Part shown: in pieces, positions 45,661-54,875 of the stretch
Layout: every line of letters starts with the position of its first letter
Position numbering within the stretch: position 1 is the first letter of the stretch
IMG/VR virus record: IMGVR_UViG_2974623298_000001
Location: 1-64,000 of that record
DNA: 64,000 nt
From: a virus
Lineage: Duplodnaviria; Caudoviricetes
Strand: one strand, 5' to 3'
Notes under the pieces: generated by a model
Seen by the model: the letters and a program-made list of their open reading frames with translations, nothing else
The model's database searches: none
Told to the model about the DNA's origin: nothing
Translations under genes and position numbers: made by a program

Positions 45661-46517
45661 TTGGACTCCTTGGGTTCCATCTCCATGAGCTTATGTGCGA
45701 TGTCGGCGGCGATCCACTCGGGGACAGTCTTGCCGTCCACTATGTACCTGCCATACGACGTGTGCACATTGCTCGTGATGTACTTGATCCCCCGATCAAT
45801 GGTGCGCCTGAGCTTCGACCTGAAGCGCAGGTACCCCGTCACCCCGTTGTATCCGTACTCGTCGCGAATCTTCTTCTGGAAGCTCGCACTGTTGAGAACG
45901 GACAGCGAATACCCGATCCAGCCGAGCACGTCACCAACCCAGAACTTGTTGGTGAACACGCTGATCTCCTGGAACAGGTCCAGGCCTGGGTCCGAGCTGG
46001 CAATGATGTCGCCCGGTGCGCAGAACTGGAACACCCGACCGCGTGCCCAGCGCCAGTCTCCACGAGGTCCGGTGATGCCCTGCCCGCCAGGGTCCGGGCC
46101 GATGACCTTGTCGTTGTGGTTGCGGCGCGGGTCCGAGATGCCATAGTAGGCGATGAGGTTGTTGTCGAGCTCGGGGTCCGGGTGGCTGTCCAGAACCCAC
46201 TCCATGAACACGTCGCCGCCGATGGTGGCACCTTGCGAGTATCCCACGATGAAGACTGGGATGTTCGGCGGGATGGCCCTGAGCATCTTGCGCAGGTTGG
46301 TCACACCCTTGTGAACCGAGCTCTCGTAGCTCGCCTTGTCGCCGTATCCCGAGGTGTACGGCACAGACCAGTGCGTGATGGCCCAGTCTCGATTGTTCTC
46401 CATGAGTCGACCGAGTGCGGAGCTGATCAGCTTGGTCATCCCAGTGGGCGGCAGCGGATTCGGAGCGTCGTGCGTCTCCGAAGTGCCGGGCACCAGGATT
46501 AGATATGCCTCTCTCAT
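45657..46517 (-). CDS. LysB-like cutinase-family serine esterase
   Basis: VPGTSE oxyanion region, GYSQGA nucleophile elbow, SDPRR, C..GD.I. Confidence 0.8.
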   Translation of the reverse strand: MREAYLILVPGTSETHDAPNPLPPTGMTKLISSALGRLMENNRDWAITHWSVPYTSGYGDKASYESSVHKGVTNLRKMLRAIPPNIPVFIVGYSQGATIGGDVFMEWVLDSHPDPELDNNLIAYYGISDPRRNHNDKVIGPDPGGQGITGPRGDWRWARGRVFQFCAPGDIIASSDPGLDLFQEISVFTNKFWVGDVLGWIGYSLSVLNSASFQKKIRDEYGYNGVTGYLRFRSKLRRTIDRGIKYITSNVHTSYGRYIVDGKTVPEWIAADIAHKLMEMEPKESK

Positions 46518-47023
46518 GCGATCTTGCCGTGCTTGTAGGGCCTGGTGTGGTTGTAGCGGAGCTTGTAGATCACCGCTTCGGCCAGGGATGCGTTGGCTCC
46601 GTCACGCTGGAGTTCCTCGGCCGCGTCTCCGAGTCGAATGATCTCGTCGGCGAACTCGGCGAAGATTCCCTCGGCCTTTCGGATTGAACCGTCAGGATTG
46701 TAGGGGTCCGGGTGGCGATTCTCTCCGACCCGCTTGTCGTTGAACCACAGCGGCGGCTCATTGTTGCGCCAGGACTCGAATGCCTCGCTGATCTCCGAGT
46801 GCAGGAGTGCGGTGACCTGGCCGAAGTTGCGGGGTTCGCCGCCCTCTTCGTGGAAGCCGTGCGCGTCGGTGGTCGTCCAGCAGCAGGCCTGCAGTAGGTC
46901 CAGTGCTGTGGCGATGAGGGACTCGCCCTCGGTGGTCAGCTGCCCCGTCTGTGGGTTGTACAGGTGATCGACGGGTCGACCGGCCAAGAACGCTTCGGCC
47001 TGGTCGTGGGAGGGGTATGTCAC
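46514..47023 (-). CDS. MazG-like nucleotide pyrophosphohydrolase
   Basis: LLHSEISEAFE...EFAD.IIR...KL.YN.TRPYKHGK. Confidence 0.85.
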   Translation of the reverse strand: MTYPSHDQAEAFLAGRPVDHLYNPQTGQLTTEGESLIATALDLLQACCWTTTDAHGFHEEGGEPRNFGQVTALLHSEISEAFESWRNNEPPLWFNDKRVGENRHPDPYNPDGSIRKAEGIFAEFADEIIRLGDAAEELQRDGANASLAEAVIYKLRYNHTRPYKHGKIA

Positions 47024-47035
47024 TTGGGTCTCCTT

Positions 47036-47599
47036 CTAGGGGGTCCACTCGTTGTCGGCGATTTCTCCACCACCGAGTTCATTCTTCAGCATGGCTTCCC
47101 ATGCTTCTTGTCCCTCCGGCGAGAACAGTTCTTCGATCGGGCAGATCGCTGTCTCCTTCGGACGGAAGCCTTGGATGCTGTGGCGTATCTCGATCACCAC
47201 ATAGGGCCAAGTCGTGATCTCTTGCGACGACACCAGGCGCGACATGTTTTGGATGACCGCGCGGTCGTTGGGCAGGAACACCCCCTGCAGGGCGTCCTCC
47301 GTTCCCTTTTGCATGTTGGTCACATCGGCCCAATTGCGGGTTACAGTTTTTGCCCGCGTCTCGTATTGAGTACGCTGTCGGCTAAACGAGTACCGAATTG
47401 AGTAGTACGGACCCGGCAAACTCTCGGCACCACCCTCGAGAAGCTCCGCAACCAGTGCGTCCTGGTAGGACTTGAGGGTCTTGTTCGGCGTTACCTTGGG
47501 CCATGGCTTGCGACCCTTGGTGATGACCTGAACATCTCCCATTGCCCACGGCTCAGGGTTGAGATTCAGTGCCGCTGCCACGATGTTCGGGTAGCTCAC
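47036..47599 (-). CDS. RusA-like Holliday junction resolvase
   Basis: ADVTNMQKGTEDALQG....NDR pattern. Confidence 0.75.
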   Translation of the reverse strand: MSYPNIVAAALNLNPEPWAMGDVQVITKGRKPWPKVTPNKTLKSYQDALVAELLEGGAESLPGPYYSIRYSFSRQRTQYETRAKTVTRNWADVTNMQKGTEDALQGVFLPNDRAVIQNMSRLVSSQEITTWPYVVIEIRHSIQGFRPKETAICPIEELFSPEGQEAWEAMLKNELGGGEIADNEWTP

Positions 47600-47708
47600 C
47601 GTTAGCCTCCTTCTCTGCAAGGAATCTTGCATACCCATACGGGTACTCGTCGGGCATCTTCAGGGCGAAGTCTCGAACGCGTTGCTCGAACTCATCTTTA
47701 TCAGACAC
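47553..47708 (-). CDS. small hypothetical protein (51 aa)
   Basis: own translation; fills gap, GC3-rich. Confidence 0.4.
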   Translation of the reverse strand: MSDKDEFEQRVRDFALKMPDEYPYGYARFLAEKEANGELPEHRGSGTESQP

Positions 47709-48063
47709 GAGTATCTCCGTACTGTGTGCGCATGAGCTTGAATGTTTCGTTGATCTTCCACACGCGCATGTTCAGGAAGATGGCAATATCAAGCTCCATC
47801 TGAGCGCCACGCGATCCGCCCCAGCCAGGCATGAGGACGAGGTCCGTGCAGTCGAGCATCTCCTTGAGGTCCGCGCGGACGTAGTCCTGATAGGGCAGGT
47901 CGCCCGGATTACCGGGAAGAGTGCGGGCAATCTCGGCAGGGCTGACCACATCGTAGCCCTGGTTGCGCAGCTCCTTGGTGAACAGGTCGAACCGCGCGAA
48001 GTTGTGACCTTCGATGCCGGTCATCGGACCTGCGATGTAGAACTTCCGGGAAAGCTGCACCAT
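47701..48063 (-). CDS. nucleoside 2-deoxyribosyltransferase-like (DUF4406) protein
   Basis: YIAGPMTG...NF..F...NPA-like, D...L..C...L.PGW..SRGA..E. Confidence 0.8.
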   Translation of the reverse strand: MVQLSRKFYIAGPMTGIEGHNFARFDLFTKELRNQGYDVVSPAEIARTLPGNPGDLPYQDYVRADLKEMLDCTDLVLMPGWGGSRGAQMELDIAIFLNMRVWKINETFKLMRTQYGDTRV

Positions 48064-49196
48064 TACTTGTCGCCCCTGTCTTTTGGAATGTCCACGCGCG
48101 GCATGACGCACGCTTCGAACCCCTCGTCTGCCGTGAACTTGACCATCGCGGTAGTCTTGGAGGGGTTGTAGTGCATCGTGAGTGTCTTGCCTGGCGCCTT
48201 GGAGACGACATCAGTGAAGGTCTCGAGCGAGAACAGATACTTCACTGGATCATGAGTTGACTCAACCTCAAGCATCAAGGACTCTTCGATCTCTTCAGAG
48301 GAGTCGCGGTCCTTGATTGCGAGTGTCAACATGTCTCCGGCGATCCACACATCTAGGGCGATCTGCCGGTCAGACGAGCCGATCTTCGACACCCTAGATA
48401 GTACACCGACGATAGTTTCTTTGTCAAACGAACACGAGTCCTCGTGCGGTTTGTCCATCATTCGACTCACCGGGTCGAACTTCTCCTCGAACAACGAGCA
48501 CTTGATGTAGATGTCCTCGGTCGGCGAGACGACGAGGTTCGACCCGAGAACTCCGACCTCGCACTCCTCGATGGTACGCAGCACCGGGCCGATGAGGTGG
48601 TAAGGGATCACCACATTGCTGCGTCCGTCGGCGAACTTGTAATCGTTCGGCACGCGCATGGCGACCTTGCCATTGGATGAGCACAGGTATTCCTCGTCCA
48701 TGTACAGGCCTGCCCTGGGCGGAAGGCCGTCAGTGTTCACGCCCCACCCGATCAGCTCCATGCGAGCACCGAGTCCCTTTGTCGGGTACATTCCGTCAGG
48801 GTCAAACATGAACTGCTCGGGAGTTGGGTAGTCACCGCCTCGAAGGAACGGAGTGCTGGCCCTCATGCGACCGCTGGTGATGCGGAGCTTTCCACCTTCG
48901 TCCTTGAACTTGGACTGTCCGTTCACCGGGAGGTTGGTGACAATGCCATGAGTCGAGAACGAGGACACCCGCCAGGTGGCCGGGGCATCGCACTCGATGT
49001 CAATGGGGTAGAGGAACTCGGTGTAGTACAGCGAGCCATTGGTGGTACGCAGGGTGACGTACTCATCAGTCGGATTGATGTCGAAGACGAACCCCTTGAA
49101 CATATCGAAGTCACGACCACGAGTCGGGGCTACGATGTTCGCACGCTTGATGGCATCCGCAAGCGTTGCGTTGTTGAACTGCACAGAGGTTGTCAC
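48063..49196 (-). CDS. dnaN: DNA polymerase III beta-like sliding clamp
   Basis: 377 aa, three repeated alpha/beta units, G.DYP, SNG...MR, C-terminal VMPR. Confidence 0.75.
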   Translation of the reverse strand: MTTSVQFNNATLADAIKRANIVAPTRGRDFDMFKGFVFDINPTDEYVTLRTTNGSLYYTEFLYPIDIECDAPATWRVSSFSTHGIVTNLPVNGQSKFKDEGGKLRITSGRMRASTPFLRGGDYPTPEQFMFDPDGMYPTKGLGARMELIGWGVNTDGLPPRAGLYMDEEYLCSSNGKVAMRVPNDYKFADGRSNVVIPYHLIGPVLRTIEECEVGVLGSNLVVSPTEDIYIKCSLFEEKFDPVSRMMDKPHEDSCSFDKETIVGVLSRVSKIGSSDRQIALDVWIAGDMLTLAIKDRDSSEEIEESLMLEVESTHDPVKYLFSLETFTDVVSKAPGKTLTMHYNPSKTTAMVKFTADEGFEACVMPRVDIPKDRGDK

Positions 49197-49197
49197 A

Positions 49198-49404
49198 TCA
49201 CGTCCTTACTGACAGTGTCACTGTCACCTGATCCGAGCCGCCCCGGTCTGCCTTGACGATACTCACGTCTACCTTGACGTCGTGCTCGTCATCGAGTCCC
49301 TGAATGAAGCCGTCGAGATCACCGATTGTCAGGCCACCATACTGCGGGTGGTTGCTGCTGAACTTGAGCTGACGATAGCTCTCTGACTGTGCCATGTCAG
49401 GCAC
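49198..49404 (-). CDS. hypothetical protein
   Basis: 68 aa, coupled. Confidence 0.6.
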   Translation of the reverse strand: MPDMAQSESYRQLKFSSNHPQYGGLTIGDLDGFIQGLDDEHDVKVDVSIVKADRGGSDQVTVTLSVRT

Positions 49405-50023
49405 CCTGCAGGTCGGCGCACGCGGCAGCCGGTCCGGTGACCCACTTCTGAAGTCGTCGCTCCAGGTCGATCGAGTGCATCAGGTCCTCGAGCGCACGGT
49501 GATTCGGCTTGTCAGCCGGGCTGACGTACTTCGTGGGGTCTTTGTCGATCTTCTTCCACAGCTCGGGCTGGGTTGCCTTGAGACGCTCCATGTCCGAGCT
49601 CGAGTCGACGACCCGGTAGTGGAAGTAGTCGTTGAGGGTGGGCATCTTCTGCTCGAGAAACTTGCGGTCGAAGTGAACCGAGCTACCCCACACCGGCAGG
49701 CCCTTGACCTGGAACCCGCTGATGGAATCGAGGATGCGCTTCTCGATGTCCTCGTACTCGCGAGGTGGTGTGTTGTTCTCCATGTACCCGCGCAGCCGGG
49801 GGAACAGTCCGTTCTTGTTGTGCATCTCGCGAACCGGCTTGACGAACGAATCGTCGTGCAGGCGCAGCACGATCTGCGGGGTGAAGAGAATGCCCGTCAG
49901 CTCCTTGCCCGGAACCGGCGTCCAGGTCTGGGTATCCACCACCACGATGGCGAACTCGATGATCTCCTCGGTGACCGGGTTCAGTCCCGTGGTCTCGAGG
50001 TCGATGAATACTGCGTTGCTCAT
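49397..50023 (-). CDS. orn: oligoribonuclease-like DEDDh exonuclease
   Basis: IDLETTGL, SSVHFDRKFL...MP.L..YFHYR.VD.SS, HRALEDL..SI. Confidence 0.8.
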   Translation of the reverse strand: MSNAVFIDLETTGLNPVTEEIIEFAIVVVDTQTWTPVPGKELTGILFTPQIVLRLHDDSFVKPVREMHNKNGLFPRLRGYMENNTPPREYEDIEKRILDSISGFQVKGLPVWGSSVHFDRKFLEQKMPTLNDYFHYRVVDSSSDMERLKATQPELWKKIDKDPTKYVSPADKPNHRALEDLMHSIDLERRLQKWVTGPAAACADLQGA

Positions 50024-50220
50024 TGGTTCTCCTTCTCCCTGCTGATGATGTAGTCGTGCACGTCCTGACGTGGGATCAGGTAACCCCTGCCCGGACGATG
50101 AGCGTTCGGGAACTTGCCGGCCTTGATCAGCTCCCTCACGTGCCCCGGAGTCACCATGAGTATCTCCGCCACCTGGTCGGTGCGCAGTAGATCTTCTTGC
50201 GGCACGGTCCTCACGGTCAC
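50020..50220 (-). CDS. excisionase/MerR-like HTH DNA-binding protein
   Basis: LLRTDQVAEILMVTPGHVRELIKAG...GRGYLIP; RBS AAAGGAG. Confidence 0.8.
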   Translation of the reverse strand: MTVRTVPQEDLLRTDQVAEILMVTPGHVRELIKAGKFPNAHRPGRGYLIPRQDVHDYIISREKENQ

Positions 50221-50482
50221 TCCTTTCGTAATAACTGTCTATCAAGGCAGATTCCTTGATGTCGGCCTCAGCAAGGACTTCTACTTGATTGGTACAGTCC
50301 TCGCATATGTATCGTTTTCTTTTTTGAGATGGCGCGTTCCGATAGTGTCGATCGTATTCGATCCAGTATGTCATCTCGAACTTACCGCTGACATACTCCA
50401 CCAGAACCGGGGTTATCTCTGCGTACCGATCACGCGGAAACTTGCAACCCCTGCGTCTCCACGCGCAGCCTGTAGCCTTCAT
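50221..50482 (-). CDS. Cys-containing protein whose frame has no stop and runs into orn
   Basis: ATG at 50482 overlaps upstream TGA; C-x6-C...CEDC; the only open frame here. Confidence 0.55.
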
Positions 50483-50763
50483 CCCCCCAGATGCACACGC
50501 TGCATGATGGCGTTGAGGTCGCCCATCAGTCCGTCGACCACCTTGATAGTAGCCTTGCGAATCTCGTATTCCTCCATGGCCTTCTCGATCTTGACCTTCG
50601 ACCCGCTGTTCCTGGAAGCGTCGCGCATGTCGGCCTCGGCGAGGGACAGCTGCGCCCGGCTGTCCACTGCCAGGTCGATGAGTCGCTGCTCGAAGAGATC
50701 GAGCACCCGCTTGTTGCGGTCCTCGAACAACTTACCTACGTTCATCAGTGCGGTTCGGATCAT
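50479..50763 (-). CDS. hypothetical coiled-coil protein
   Basis: start re-called at MIRTA; 4-bp overlaps. Confidence 0.65.
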   Translation of the reverse strand: MIRTALMNVGKLFEDRNKRVLDLFEQRLIDLAVDSRAQLSLAEADMRDASRNSGSKVKIEKAMEEYEIRKATIKVVDGLMGDLNAIMQRVHLGG

Positions 50764-52328
50764 AGCGTGCCCTCCAGTGCGTCGTTGAGCTTCTCCATGA
50801 AGCTCGAGTCCACGGAACCCTTGGCCCCGTTGCGGATGATGGTGTCGAACGAGAACTCTTTGTCTTTGATGATCTGTTCGACACGATACTCCGCCGAGTT
50901 GCGGACCATGTAGTCGAACACCTGGATCGAAGAGTGGTGCTCCGATCCGACGCGGCGCATACGTCCCACACACTGGTCATTCAAGCCGGGGCTGAACTCC
51001 TTGCCGATAAACTGCCCGTGATTTGCGGCAGTCATATTGAGTCCCACACCCATAGCCTTGATGATCCCGATGATGACGCCTGGCTCTTTGTCTGCCGTCC
51101 AGTCCTTCACCACCTGCTGGCGCTTGTCCTTGTTGATCTTCCCATGAATCTGGTAGACCGGAGTGCCAGGGCGAGCCTCCTCGAGGCGACGCATGTATGC
51201 CTTGATTATCGGCATGAACTGGGTGAACACAATGAGCTTGTGCCCATTGTCCAGTATCTCGCACGCGTCCTCGATGGCGAGGTCTAGCTTCGGTGACTCG
51301 TCCCAGTCAGGCAGCAGCGTGCATGTTGAGGCACAGATCTGCCGCAGCCGTAGCTGCCTCACCATCGGCCACTCCAGCGCCTCGTCCTGTTCGTCAGTGA
51401 ACGAGGGCACGTACTTCTGTAGCTTGTGTTCGGTCGCCAGGTAGTTGTACATCTCACGAGGCTTGTCCACCAGGGACACCATGCGCTTGATGACCTGGAC
51501 CTCAGGCAGGTCGATGACGTTGTCGATCTCACGACGCAGCATAACCTGCGACAGGCGAGCGGTGAGCTGTCGCTCGTTCTTGACCGCAGTCACCTGCTTG
51601 CCGTTGAATCCACCGAGCACACAGTACTTCGCCTTGAAGCCTGCGAACGTGCCCCATTGTCCCGGCGTCACCCAGTCGAGCAGGGTCCACAGGTCGTCGA
51701 CCTGGTTGGTCATCGGCGTCCCGCTCATGGCGAGGCGACGACCGGCAGCCAACTGACTGATGTCCTTATATGCGTTGGTCTCACGGTTCTTGATGATGTG
51801 CGCTTCGTCGGCCACGAGGTAGTCGATGCCCATCGAGTTGAGCTGCTGAATGTGGTACGACAGCGCCTCGTAGTTGATGACCAGAATCTTGTGGTTGTCG
51901 ATGCGCTTGAACTCTTCAATCTGCTTGAAGCGATCAACCAGGTCACCAGTCACCACGCAGTACTCTAGCTTGGTGAACTTGGTGATCTCGTCTGCCCAGT
52001 TCATGCGCAAGGAGGCGGGCACCACAGCCACCATGAGGCACCGCTTCTGTGGGTCCTTCTTGACCGACGACCAGATGTGCATACCAAAGGTGAACAGCGC
52101 CTGGATAGTCTTGCCGAGACCCATCTCGTCGCCGAGGATGGCACCCTTCTTGTTCTTCAGCCAGCGCACGCCCTCGTCCTGGTAGGGCTTCAGCTCAACC
52201 TCAGGACGAATCCAGTAGTCGAGTGAACCCCTACTGCGAGGGCCCTGCGTACCCGAGAGCGTGTTCAGTTTTTTCGCTGAACCGGCGCTCAAGGGTGCTG
52301 ACGAAGGGCGTTCGTTCACCGTTGTCAC
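50760..52328 (-). CDS. SNF2-family helicase
   Basis: LKPYQ, GDEMGLGKT, ADEAH, SGTP, G.GLN, QC.GR.RR; GTG start after GGGAG. Confidence 0.9.
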   Translation of the reverse strand: MTTVNERPSSAPLSAGSAKKLNTLSGTQGPRSRGSLDYWIRPEVELKPYQDEGVRWLKNKKGAILGDEMGLGKTIQALFTFGMHIWSSVKKDPQKRCLMVAVVPASLRMNWADEITKFTKLEYCVVTGDLVDRFKQIEEFKRIDNHKILVINYEALSYHIQQLNSMGIDYLVADEAHIIKNRETNAYKDISQLAAGRRLAMSGTPMTNQVDDLWTLLDWVTPGQWGTFAGFKAKYCVLGGFNGKQVTAVKNERQLTARLSQVMLRREIDNVIDLPEVQVIKRMVSLVDKPREMYNYLATEHKLQKYVPSFTDEQDEALEWPMVRQLRLRQICASTCTLLPDWDESPKLDLAIEDACEILDNGHKLIVFTQFMPIIKAYMRRLEEARPGTPVYQIHGKINKDKRQQVVKDWTADKEPGVIIGIIKAMGVGLNMTAANHGQFIGKEFSPGLNDQCVGRMRRVGSEHHSSIQVFDYMVRNSAEYRVEQIIKDKEFSFDTIIRNGAKGSVDSSFMEKLNDALEGTL

Positions 52329-52554
52329 TGAGGATCTCCCACTTGATTGGTACTGTTTCACCGAGATCGTTGGTGCCTTCGATGAACTCAATTCGACAGT
52401 CAGGGAAGTGGCGCTCGACCCAAGCGATGTAATCGAGTGCGTCACTGACTGTTCGGGGGACTGAAGTGTTCCAGACTTCGGACAGACCTGCCTCACGGTA
52501 GCGGTAGGCCTTGTAGGTACGGTGTACGTCCTCTTCTTTCGGAACAAACTTCAC
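52231..52554 (-). CDS. hypothetical protein
   Basis: GC3-rich frame; GTGA overlap with upstream gene. Confidence 0.65.
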   Translation of the reverse strand: MKFVPKEEDVHRTYKAYRYREAGLSEVWNTSVPRTVSDALDYIAWVERHFPDCRIEFIEGTNDLGETVPIKWEILSDNGERTPFVSTLERRFSEKTEHALGYAGPSQ

Positions 52555-53219
52555 CCCCACTTCATCTTGTTCTGGCATCCCTTGCACCCCCCGTCGCGGT
52601 CAATGTGCTCCCGCATGTCTGCGACAGAGGCGTAAGGCTTGCCGCATTTGCTGCACATCAACGGTTGCTTGCCGATCTTTATTCCGACCACGCCGTGATT
52701 GAAGTTGTAGGTCTCGGTCTCCTGCGTAGGCGGGACCGACTTCAGCTTCGGCTGCGGTTCGGGAAGGTCGGCGATGTCGCTCTCGAAGAACTCTCCCTCG
52801 AGAGGACCAGCATACTTGATGTCCTCGACCTCCACCTCCGGTTCATCTTCGGGCAGCTCGTCGATCGCCTTGCTGATCTTCTCGAAGACGTGATCGCCGG
52901 GCTTCTCATCGTCGCCGCCCAGGCCGAGGGCCGCTTCGTAGGTCTGCCCGTCCACCATGCGGCCGCGCCGGTAGACTCGCGCGCCGACGATGATGCCCTG
53001 GAGTTTGAAGGCGTATGCGGTCTGTCCAAGCTCGCCGATCAGGTCGTGCAGGAAATCCATCTGGTCGTTGGTGAGCTCGTCGATGAAGGAGCTGAACGCG
53101 GCGAGGTCAGCGTTGTGGCTCTCTTCCTTCTGACGAGATGCCTCTTCGTACTGCTTCTGCTGGAAGCGCTGGAACTCCACAGCCTGGCGGAACTCTTCGG
53201 GAATGTCATTGTCGGACAT
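52551..53219 (-). CDS. acidic protein with C-terminal Zn ribbon
   Basis: CSKC...CKGC. Confidence 0.7.
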   Translation of the reverse strand: MSDNDIPEEFRQAVEFQRFQQKQYEEASRQKEESHNADLAAFSSFIDELTNDQMDFLHDLIGELGQTAYAFKLQGIIVGARVYRRGRMVDGQTYEAALGLGGDDEKPGDHVFEKISKAIDELPEDEPEVEVEDIKYAGPLEGEFFESDIADLPEPQPKLKSVPPTQETETYNFNHGVVGIKIGKQPLMCSKCGKPYASVADMREHIDRDGGCKGCQNKMKWG

Positions 53220-53243
53220 GCGTTTATCCTTCCTGTAGGCACT

Positions 53244-53283
53244 ATAGTAAGGGGACCGCACCACAGCGCGGTCCCCTTACTAT
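53244..53283. terminator. perfect 16-bp hairpin
   Basis: atagtaaggggaccgc-N8-gcggtccccttactat. Confidence 0.75.
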
Positions 53284-53333
53284 CCTTACCCTAGTGATCA
53301 GCGGGTGATTGGCACCCTAGCGGGGAAGCCTGA

Positions 53334-54452
53334 TCAGAAGGGAGGTTCTTCGTCCTCGTCGATCTGCACCGTGCCTGCGGCGGGTGCCGTGTTCGAGAGG
53401 GGCTTGACTTTGCCCTTGGTCGAGATGACCTGCTCCTCGGCGGGGGCGGGCGGCGGTGTCGGCGGAGTCGGCTCGGGCGTCGGCTCCGGCTGCACCCGCG
53501 TCTGCGCCTGTGGCGGTGCAGGTTGTGCGGGCTGCGGAGTTGGAGTCGGTTCCGGCTTGGGCTCGTCCGGCACCACGTCAGCGTCGATGACGTTGCCCTC
53601 GATGTCGCCGTCGGGCACGGTTGCCGCAGCCTTGGCGGCTGCTGCCTCCTTGTCGTCGTCATCCCTCGGCATCGGGTACTGCAGCAGGAATCCCTGCGCC
53701 GACTTGAAGGAATCGAAGTAGTCCTGGTAGGACTCGGGATTGGTCTTGGCAACCTTGGTGAAGATCGGCGTGCAGAACTTCACCATGCCACGCTTGTTCA
53801 CGTCGAGCGTGAGCTTGGTTGCGACCGTGAAGATCGGGGTCTTCTTGGAGGCGAACGGCGTGACGTACTGGCGAGCCGGCTTGATGCCCGACCGCCGGAT
53901 GGTGAACAGTGCGGGCACCCAGACCTCGGGGTCCTCCGGGTCCTGGTACAGAAGGGGGAAGGTCCACTCCTCGGAGCACCACGGCTTCTTGCCCGACGGG
54001 TCGGTGTTCCACTCCTTGAAGTGGCAGTCCTTGCATCCGATGCTGGGCATCGTGAGCAGATTCTGTTCCGGTCCGACGAACAGCGGTGATGCATCCGCCG
54101 GTGAGTACACGTCCTGCGCTTCCCATGGGAACTGCTTGCTCGTGGGGAGCTCGGTGTCCATGTTCGGGAAGCCGTTGCGCATGTCCGGCGACTTGCAGAG
54201 CGGCGGGTCCTGATCGTCGCCGTCGCTCATCTCGCCCCACATGATGCGGGACTTGTGCAGACCGAGGAGGATCACGGTGAGCTCGTTGAACAGCTCGTCG
54301 GTCTGACTGTTCTTGAATGCCGCCTCGGGATGGTCGATCGAGAGGCGGGGCATCGTCAGGTCATTGGTATCGAAGTCCTCGAGACCGGTCTCCAGACCGT
54401 CCCAAGCGACGACATCGGTACCCGTCGTCTGACTGGGCTGCAAAGAAGTCAT
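53334..54452 (-). CDS. putative ssDNA-binding / annealing protein
   Basis: strong GC3, Pro-rich linker, acidic tail ending DEDEEPPF; own promoter. Confidence 0.55.
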   Translation of the reverse strand: MTSLQPSQTTGTDVVAWDGLETGLEDFDTNDLTMPRLSIDHPEAAFKNSQTDELFNELTVILLGLHKSRIMWGEMSDGDDQDPPLCKSPDMRNGFPNMDTELPTSKQFPWEAQDVYSPADASPLFVGPEQNLLTMPSIGCKDCHFKEWNTDPSGKKPWCSEEWTFPLLYQDPEDPEVWVPALFTIRRSGIKPARQYVTPFASKKTPIFTVATKLTLDVNKRGMVKFCTPIFTKVAKTNPESYQDYFDSFKSAQGFLLQYPMPRDDDDKEAAAAKAAATVPDGDIEGNVIDADVVPDEPKPEPTPTPQPAQPAPPQAQTRVQPEPTPEPTPPTPPPAPAEEQVISTKGKVKPLSNTAPAAGTVQIDEDEEPPF

Positions 54453-54530
54453 GTAGGTAGACTCGTTTCTTGTTGTCTTGCAGTTTCATCGGTTCGCTGT
54501 TTTGTTACCGGTATTCCTACCGATCTCTAT

Positions 54531-54559
54531 ACATTACTACATATCGGGATCGTTGTCAA
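54531..54559 (-). promoter_or_regulatory. SigA-like promoter
   Basis: TTGACA-N17-TAATGT. Confidence 0.7.
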
Positions 54560-54855
54560 CCGAAACTTTGCGGACGTTTACTCGCCATCAATCGCGCGTT
54601 GCGCTGCTCGGTATACCTTATCCCCTTCCCCTTCAACCAGATCTTGAAGTCCGTTTCTGCTACACGCCAGATGGGCTTCTCTTCCGGTGCGGATATGTTG
54701 ACGACCCTGAGCCTGTGCTTCAGTGACCCAGTGGATCGGCCGGCAAAGTACAGGACACGTTCCTCGAGGTACGACCGAGAACAGTCCAGCATCAGGGCCA
54801 CCTGCTGAACCGTGTAGAAGAACTCCCGCGCAGGGAAGTGCACCTCGGAGGTCAT
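54556..54855 (-). CDS. HTH DNA-binding protein
   Basis: FYTVQQVALMLDCSRSYL...W..AE..F..WL. Confidence 0.7.
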   Translation of the reverse strand: MTSEVHFPAREFFYTVQQVALMLDCSRSYLEERVLYFAGRSTGSLKHRLRVVNISAPEEKPIWRVAETDFKIWLKGKGIRYTEQRNARLMASKRPQSFG

Positions 54856-54875
54856 GATGTCCTCTTGGAACGAGT

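Noticed and set aside
50020-50220. Excisionase-like HTH as evidence of a temperate lifestyle
   Set aside because: No integrase, repressor or parAB in the window; this HTH class is common in lytic actinophages.
50305-50330. A-rich run (CAAAAAAGAAAAC on the minus strand) as a frameshift site
   Set aside because: A_AAA_AAG is not in the phase of the open frame, and both alternative frames stop shortly afterwards.
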